DNA of 64,000 bases from the human T2T-CHM13v2.0 reference genome, Homo sapiens. The stretch lies in NCBI RefSeq assembly GCF_009914755.1, contig NC_060928.1, one strand, 5' to 3'. Under the pieces are notes generated by a model that was not told where the DNA came from, did not search any database, and was given only the letters and a program-made list of their open reading frames with translations. Position numbers and translations under genes: made by a program. This document shows positions 57,869 to 64,000 of the stretch, in pieces (position 1 is the first letter of the stretch; the number at the start of each line of letters is the position of its first letter).

Positions 57869-59261
57869 TCCATATTAATGGAAAAATCCTGGACATTCAG
57901 ATGTAATTAAAATCAGTTGAAGGAATTATAGATTATTTTGTTTCTAATTCACTGAAAGTAAAAATAACAATAGTGATATGAAGGCACTTATTTATTGTAT
58001 GGTAGATATGCTCTTACGAAAAACAGTGAGAGAATATATGGCATATTAAGATTTCTTTCTAAATATTATAATAGTGATAACAGAAAATGAATAAATGGTC
58101 TTCTGTCTTAATGAATCCATTTGATAGGCAAACACCGGCATTACATGCAAAGCACTTCTGTCATTGATATGCTTATCATTTTCTCCTGAATGACCTTGAA
58201 GCTTAATGAAATTCACATGAAAGTTTTACTATGCGTGTTTAAAGAAAGCAGTTAAAAAGATTCAGATAGCTTTAAAAAATTGAATTTCATTTTATCAAAA
58301 AAAAATCCTCTGTTCTCATTTATTGAAAAAGTAAACTGCTTCAATTCAAAAGCAGTTTACAAGCAACTTTCATGGTGCGTCTTTGTTGTCACATGGCAAT
58401 GTCCCCTCGATTGACAAGTGGTGCAATGGTCTTTGAGGACTGATTACTCAGGATGTTAAGAGCATGAACTTCATGATTTTTAAATACTTTCTTGAATACA
58501 TGCTTCAAAACAAAGTCAAACTTGAACCAACCATTTAAGAAAGAATGTCTCAGTGCTGACAATAGGAAACACTATAAAGAACATTAATCTAGCTTCCTGT
58601 TTACATTTGACAAAAGTAGAGGTACACAGTTGTAGAACTATGTGAAATGCCTGGGCTCTGTTCAGCAAGGTAGATCTACATAAAGTCACTAGTGATTAAG
58701 ATGGAAGGAATCTTTAGAGTGCCATATGCTGACATTTGGAAAATTTAAATGACGTGTTAAATCTATTAATATTGGAAACTTTCTATGAGCTTTTAGAACA
58801 TTTACAGACTTCTTGATTTGTGATTTCCCTGTATAACATAAAAACATGATTTCTTTGGGTAAGTAAACGCTTTAGGCACAACAATATACAGAAGATAGGT
58901 TTTCACTGACTTTGCAGCTTACCTACCCCCACCCTCAGGCAACTCTCCTGGGGCATCATTTCCAGTTATAATTCTCATCAAGAGATGAGACCATTTTCTT
59001 TCTAACAAGAATAATCATATTTATTCAGAAAAGCAAGCTGCAAGTGTAGACCTGAATTTTGCCCTTTATCCTCTCCTGAAAATACAGAAAATGCAAACAA
59101 AGAGAATTGTGACCTTACATTAATCAGGTGCTATTTATTGCACAACACAGAACATCTCTAGAATCTTTTTATATGATTTATCTACTTGTGATACTAGAAG
59201 TGTTATCATCCACAGGACTTCTTATGTTTCATGATGCGTAGTGTAGAAAATGCACACAGCA

Positions 59262-60565
59262 TTGCTGTGCTTAGCCATATTGGAGCCTGAGGCAAAGACA
59301 AAATCAGTAATACCGATCTATCTGTATTTAAAATTTGGATGTTTTGTTCATCATGGTTTTTGAATTAATTCTTGTTTTAAAAAATGTATTGCATTAAAAA
59401 TAGATAAATTGCATGACATCAAAATAAAAACTTTTGTGCATCAAAGAACACTAATAATAAAGTGAAACAGCAACCATGAAATGGGAGAAAATACTTGAAA
59501 CTCATATATCTGATAAAGGGTTATTATCCAGAATATATTTAAAAACTCCATCTCAAAAGCAAACAAACAAAAAAACCAAACAACCCAATTAAAATATGCG
59601 CCAAGAAACTGAACAGACATTTCTCCAAAGAGGATATTATCCAAATGGCCAATAAGGGCATGAAAGGATGCTCAACAGTACTATTATTAGAGAAATGAAA
59701 TTAAAATCACAATGAGATGCCACTTCATACCCATTAGAATGGTTAAAATCAAACAGAAAATAACAAATGACACTGAGAATGTAGAGAAACTGGAACTCTT
59801 GTGCCCTGCTAGTGGCAAAGCAGGGCCACTAAGCGGTACAGCCTCTATAGAAAACAGTATGGTGCTTCCTCAAAAATTAAACAGAATTACCATATGATCT
59901 GGCAACTCCACTTTGAGTTTATACCTAAAAAGCTGAAAGCAGGGACTTGAACAAATATTTGTACACTCAAGTTCATAGCAGCATTATTCACAATAGCCAA
60001 AATGTGGCATCCATCCAAGTGTCCATCAGTGGGTAAATGGATAAACAAAATTTGGTATATACATCCAAGGAAACATTATTCAGCCTTAGGGGAAAAAAAG
60101 GAAATTCTAATATATGCTACAGTATGGATGAACCTTGAAGACATTTTACTATGTGAAAACAAGCTAGTCACAAAATGACAAATACCATATGATTATACTT
60201 ATATGAGTTTCCTAGGGTAGTTAAATTCATAGATACAGTGGAATAGCGGGGGTTGGGGGCTAGAAGAAGGAATGAATGGGGGCAAATTGTTCAAACTATG
60301 CAGAGTTTCAGTTTGGGAAGATGAAAATATCTAGAGATGGATGGTGGTAATAGTTGTGCAACAATGTGAATTACTTAATGCCACTGAACTGTAGACTTTA
60401 AAATGGATAAAACAGTAACATGTATGTTATGAATGTTTTGCCACAATTTAGAAAATATTGCATGTAAATTTTACCCAACTCAATTATTGGTGCTACCTCT
60501 CCTTCAACTCACTTGAATTTGCTGCCTGAGAGTGCTTTACTAACTTCACCTTTGCCCTGGTCCTG
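59262..60565 (+). mobile_element. MER96B hAT element split by an L1MB insertion
   Basis: Left part 'gccatattggagcctgaggcaaagacaaaatcagtaatac...tttaaaatttggatgttttgttcatcatgg'; right part ends 'gccctggtcctg'. Confidence 0.7.
59398..60452 (+). mobile_element. L1MB-like 3' fragment
   Basis: ORF2-end motifs plus 3'UTR 'agagtttcagtttgggaagatgaaaat...ttaatgccactgaactgta...ccacaattt'. Confidence 0.9.
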
Positions 60566-60595
60566 GAAAGTTTCCGTGTTTGTTTGGCTCATAGA

Positions 60596-60929
60596 TGCTA
60601 TGATCTGAACGTTTATGTCCCCCCACCCCCAAATTCATAAGTTGAAACCTAATCCCCAATGCAGTCTTGAGATGATGAGGTCATGAGGGCAGAGTCCTCC
60701 TAAAAGGGATTGGTGCCATTATAAAAGGGGCCTGAGGGAGCTTGTTTCCTCCCTCTACCCTGTCAGGACGCAGTAAAAAGGCGCTGTCTAGGAGGAACAG
60801 GCCCTCCCTGGACACTGAATCTGCTGCTGTATTGATCTTGGACTTCTTAGCCTCTAGAATGGTAACAAATAATTTTCTTACCCAATCTAGAGCGTCTTGT
60901 TATTATAGCAGTCTGAGTCGACTGAGACA
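60596..60929 (+). mobile_element. MLT1A/A0 solo LTR
   Basis: TG...CA termini and a perfect 5-bp TSD ataga at 60591-60595 and 60930-60934. Confidence 0.9.
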
Positions 60930-61924
60930 ATAGAATACAGCATAAAATAACATGTTATTTTCTTTCCCCTTCTTCCCACCTTCAAACTCCTGGTGTTTGT
61001 ACTTTTATAAGATAGATTAAAATGTACTTCAATTACAAGTTGAGAACCCTATGTTGGGCTCTGGGTAACAGGGATGCACTTGTGAGACTTCAATTCTTTA
61101 TCGAGTTTGATTTCTCTATTCATCTCTCCTTCACAGCTTTCAAAATCTTAGTCTTAAAATTATTTTAGTAGAAACAAATATTAAAAGTAATTTTTTGAAA
61201 GGTTATCTCAAAAGCTCTGAGAAACTTCACCTTTTACAAAGACATTGGTTAGCTCTTGGCATGATTAATGTTAGCATGTTTGATCCCTCTATCAACGAAG
61301 GAGAACATTTTGAAATTGGCTTTATTTTTTGCTAAATAAAATATCACCACATATAAAGGAGAAATAATGTTTAAACAATATTTTAATAAATATATTATTT
61401 AAAATGCATGTGAGGAACTCCATATCAAAAAGAGAACATAAAAATTAACTAACGTTTCAAGGTATATAGATCCTTCATTTTATGTTTGAATATTCATGAA
61501 TTTATCAGTGTGTAAACTGCATTTGAGAGTACAGGACTTTTGTAGTATCCTCAGTGAAAATGATACCACTAACTCCCTGAATTGTAAAATCAAGGCTATC
61601 TCAAATGATTTAAACTTAAGGTTTTCACTCATGTTTAATGCCAAAATATTCCCAACTACAATATTCACACTAATTCAATTTTTAAACGCAGCTATCAAAA
61701 AACAACTTGCAATTTAGAGAGCACAAAGTCTCTCTTCTTGACAGTATCTTCATAGACCATAGATCTTCAAAAAACACCAAGGGTTTTCATAATAATGGTG
61801 AAGAAAGAATCAACTTGGATAAAATTAAGTAGTTTGTCTTTTTTTTTACGCTACCATATCCCAATTGTCTAGCATTCCACTATCCAGAATACAGCCTGCC
61901 TGAAATGTATTGATTTTTCCTTCC

Positions 61925-62370
61925 TATATTCATTTAACAAGTATGTACTTTTGACAACTACTGTGTGTCAGGCACTGCCCTGAATGCTGAAGATACAATC
62001 AAAAATCCCCTCATGGAAATATTCCAATGCTGGAGAAAATATACTCATTAAATACAATATCTCAGACCTATGGAATTACAAGTAGTCTGGTATAATCTAT
62101 TGGAAAACTGTGTCATGAAAACAAATATAGGGTCCCAGAACCAATAATGGAAGTGTTTGTTATTTTAGTATATGCCTTTACCTGGAGCTTGGAGATGAAT
62201 AAGAGTTACCTTAGCTGAATAGTGGAGGAAATTGGTGCGGTCTAAGCACAGGAAACAGAATTTGCAAGGATCCCGCATTGGAAGGAAGAAAATAAGAAAT
62301 AATCGAATGAGGCCCTTTCGTGGGATAGGAAGGAAGAGATTGGTGACAGTGAAGCTAGAGTGTCCAGACA
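61925..62370 (-). mobile_element. L2 fragment
   Basis: 'ttcatttaacaagtat...actactgtgtgtcaggcactg' and a downstream purine-rich L2-type tract. Confidence 0.7.
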
Positions 62371-62895
62371 CAAAGGATGACTGTATTCAAGAGCTCATAT
62401 CCACAGGCTGAAGGACAGTCACACTTGGCACACAGATTCTATTTGTCCTCACACAGATAAAGGAAATGGTGCTGTCCCTCTGGCAAATTAACTTTTTCAT
62501 TGCCCAGAATTTCTATAACCTTAAATTCCCTAACAGCTAATCTACTGCCCTTCTTTCTCCCTGACTTCAGATATAATTGAAGAGCTTGTCTAAAGTCTTC
62601 CTGTCTTTGTTCCAATGTCCTGAATGTACATACTGGATATGTCAGATGTAGGAAAAAAAAAAAGCTGAGATGGGGGTGGTGGTGGAGGGTATATGGGGAA
62701 GAGGAACCTTTATCTTCAACTCTAACAAGCAAAGTGAACATAGGAGAGTTAGAAAATCTATGTTTTATAAAGTGCAAATATGTATAAAAAATGAGTATAT
62801 TATGTTAGTGATTTTTTTTTTAGATTCACCATAATGATAAATGCTGAAGAATTTGGAGAAGCAAGAGATGAAACACATTACAGATCAAGAACATC

Positions 62896-63166
62896 TTTTT
62901 TTTGTTTTGTTTTTTGTTTGTTTTTGAGACGGAGTCTCACTCTGTCCCCCAGGCTGGAGTGCAGTGGCGTGATCTGGGTTCACTGCAACCCGAGTAACTG
63001 GGACTACAGGCGCCGGCCATCAGGACCAGATAATTTTTTTGTATTTTTAGTAGAGACGGGGTTTCACCCTGTTAGCCAGAATGGTCTCAATCTCCTGATC
63101 TTGTGATTTGCCCTCCTCAGCCTCCCAAAGTGCTGGGATTACAGGCTTGAGCCACCATGCCCGGCC
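62896..63166 (-). mobile_element. AluY/Sc-like with an internal deletion of about 40 bp
   Basis: Antisense Alu in which 'cactgcaac' joins directly to 'ccgagtaactgggactac'. TSD aagaaca(t/c)c. Confidence 0.93.
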
Positions 63167-64000
63167 AAGAACACCTTTTTAAATGATTTTTTTTTTTTGG
63201 TAGTCATTTTCTAACATGCAAATGGTTTAGTATTAACCCTAGGTATTCAAAATTGCAATGCTTACATATTTTTTACCAGCAGGGACAAATAATACAGATT
63301 TTTTATTTTTATTTTTGAGCTTCAGTTTCCATATGTGTAACCTAGATGTACACACTGCAGTGCCTTTGGTTAGATGTTGATAATATGTCTGCATACACAT
63401 ACATATGTACACACAAACACAAATAAATAGATCACTGGTTGCAAATTACAAGTAGGGACTCTGGACAAGATGGAGTTATGTGACTTGCCAACGTGCATTC
63501 ATAAATTTTAAAACATTGAACTAAAATTATGGTACCATATACATTCATGACTCAGTGTGCCTTTTATGAAAAAGTGGGAAAAGTGAAGTTCTTGACTGTG
63601 GAAGTGAGAATTATTGGTTTGGTTTCACTCTCCTGTATGATGTAGCTCTATCAGTGGTAACGCAAGCAACTTAACTGTTTAGGCAAATTTTCACAAATTC
63701 AGGATATTAAGCAGGGTTTAAGAGGGATTTTCTGATGACTGCTGATGTTCTCGGCCAGAATCAAGGGATTCTCATACTTTTCTTTCTCTCCATGTTTCTT
63801 ATATTCTTATTATGCCCCTCCTCTACCACCATTGCAGCTTCCTTCCCTTACGGTCACAACTTCCATCCCTCTGTCCCCTTCAGAACCTTTCTATGTCCTT
63901 TTATTTTCCATCCCTTTAGTAAGAAATTAAATAATATTTTTAAATAAATTTATTCAATGCAGTTACACATTTTTATATTCTACATAAAGATAGTATATTT

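Overview
AT-rich, CpG-poor primate (human-like or great-ape) genomic DNA that looks like an intergenic gene desert or a deep intron. I found no credible host protein-coding exon, RNA gene, CpG island or CRISPR-like system. Most recognisable content is interspersed repeats: L1s of several ages (L1PA2/3-, L1PA13-16-, L1PB-, L1MA-, L1MB-, L1MD- and L1ME-like), eight Alu/FLAM elements, L2, MIR, solo MaLR/ERV LTRs (THE1, MST, MLT1, MER21, LTR33-like) and DNA-transposon fossils (near-full-length Tigger1, MER2, MER1B, MER3, MER5A, MER81, MER96/96B). The supplied ORFs are repeat-derived or chance; only the 247-aa L1 ORF2 C-terminus is a substantial intact protein segment. The most interesting observations are: (1) a highly decayed class III (ERVL-like) retroviral pol relic at about 37.6-38.6 kb; (2) a multi-copy tandem-plus-inverted template-switch scar inside an L1 at 14.7-14.9 kb; (3) an apparently chimeric MLT2/MST LTR with its own target-site duplication (TSD); (4) a twin-primed old L1 nested in MER21; and (5) a near-consensus CTCF motif in a locally CpG-retaining patch. 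I could not support a genuinely new biological system. Repeat family names come from my recall of consensus sequences, not from a database search, and boundaries of old elements are approximate.
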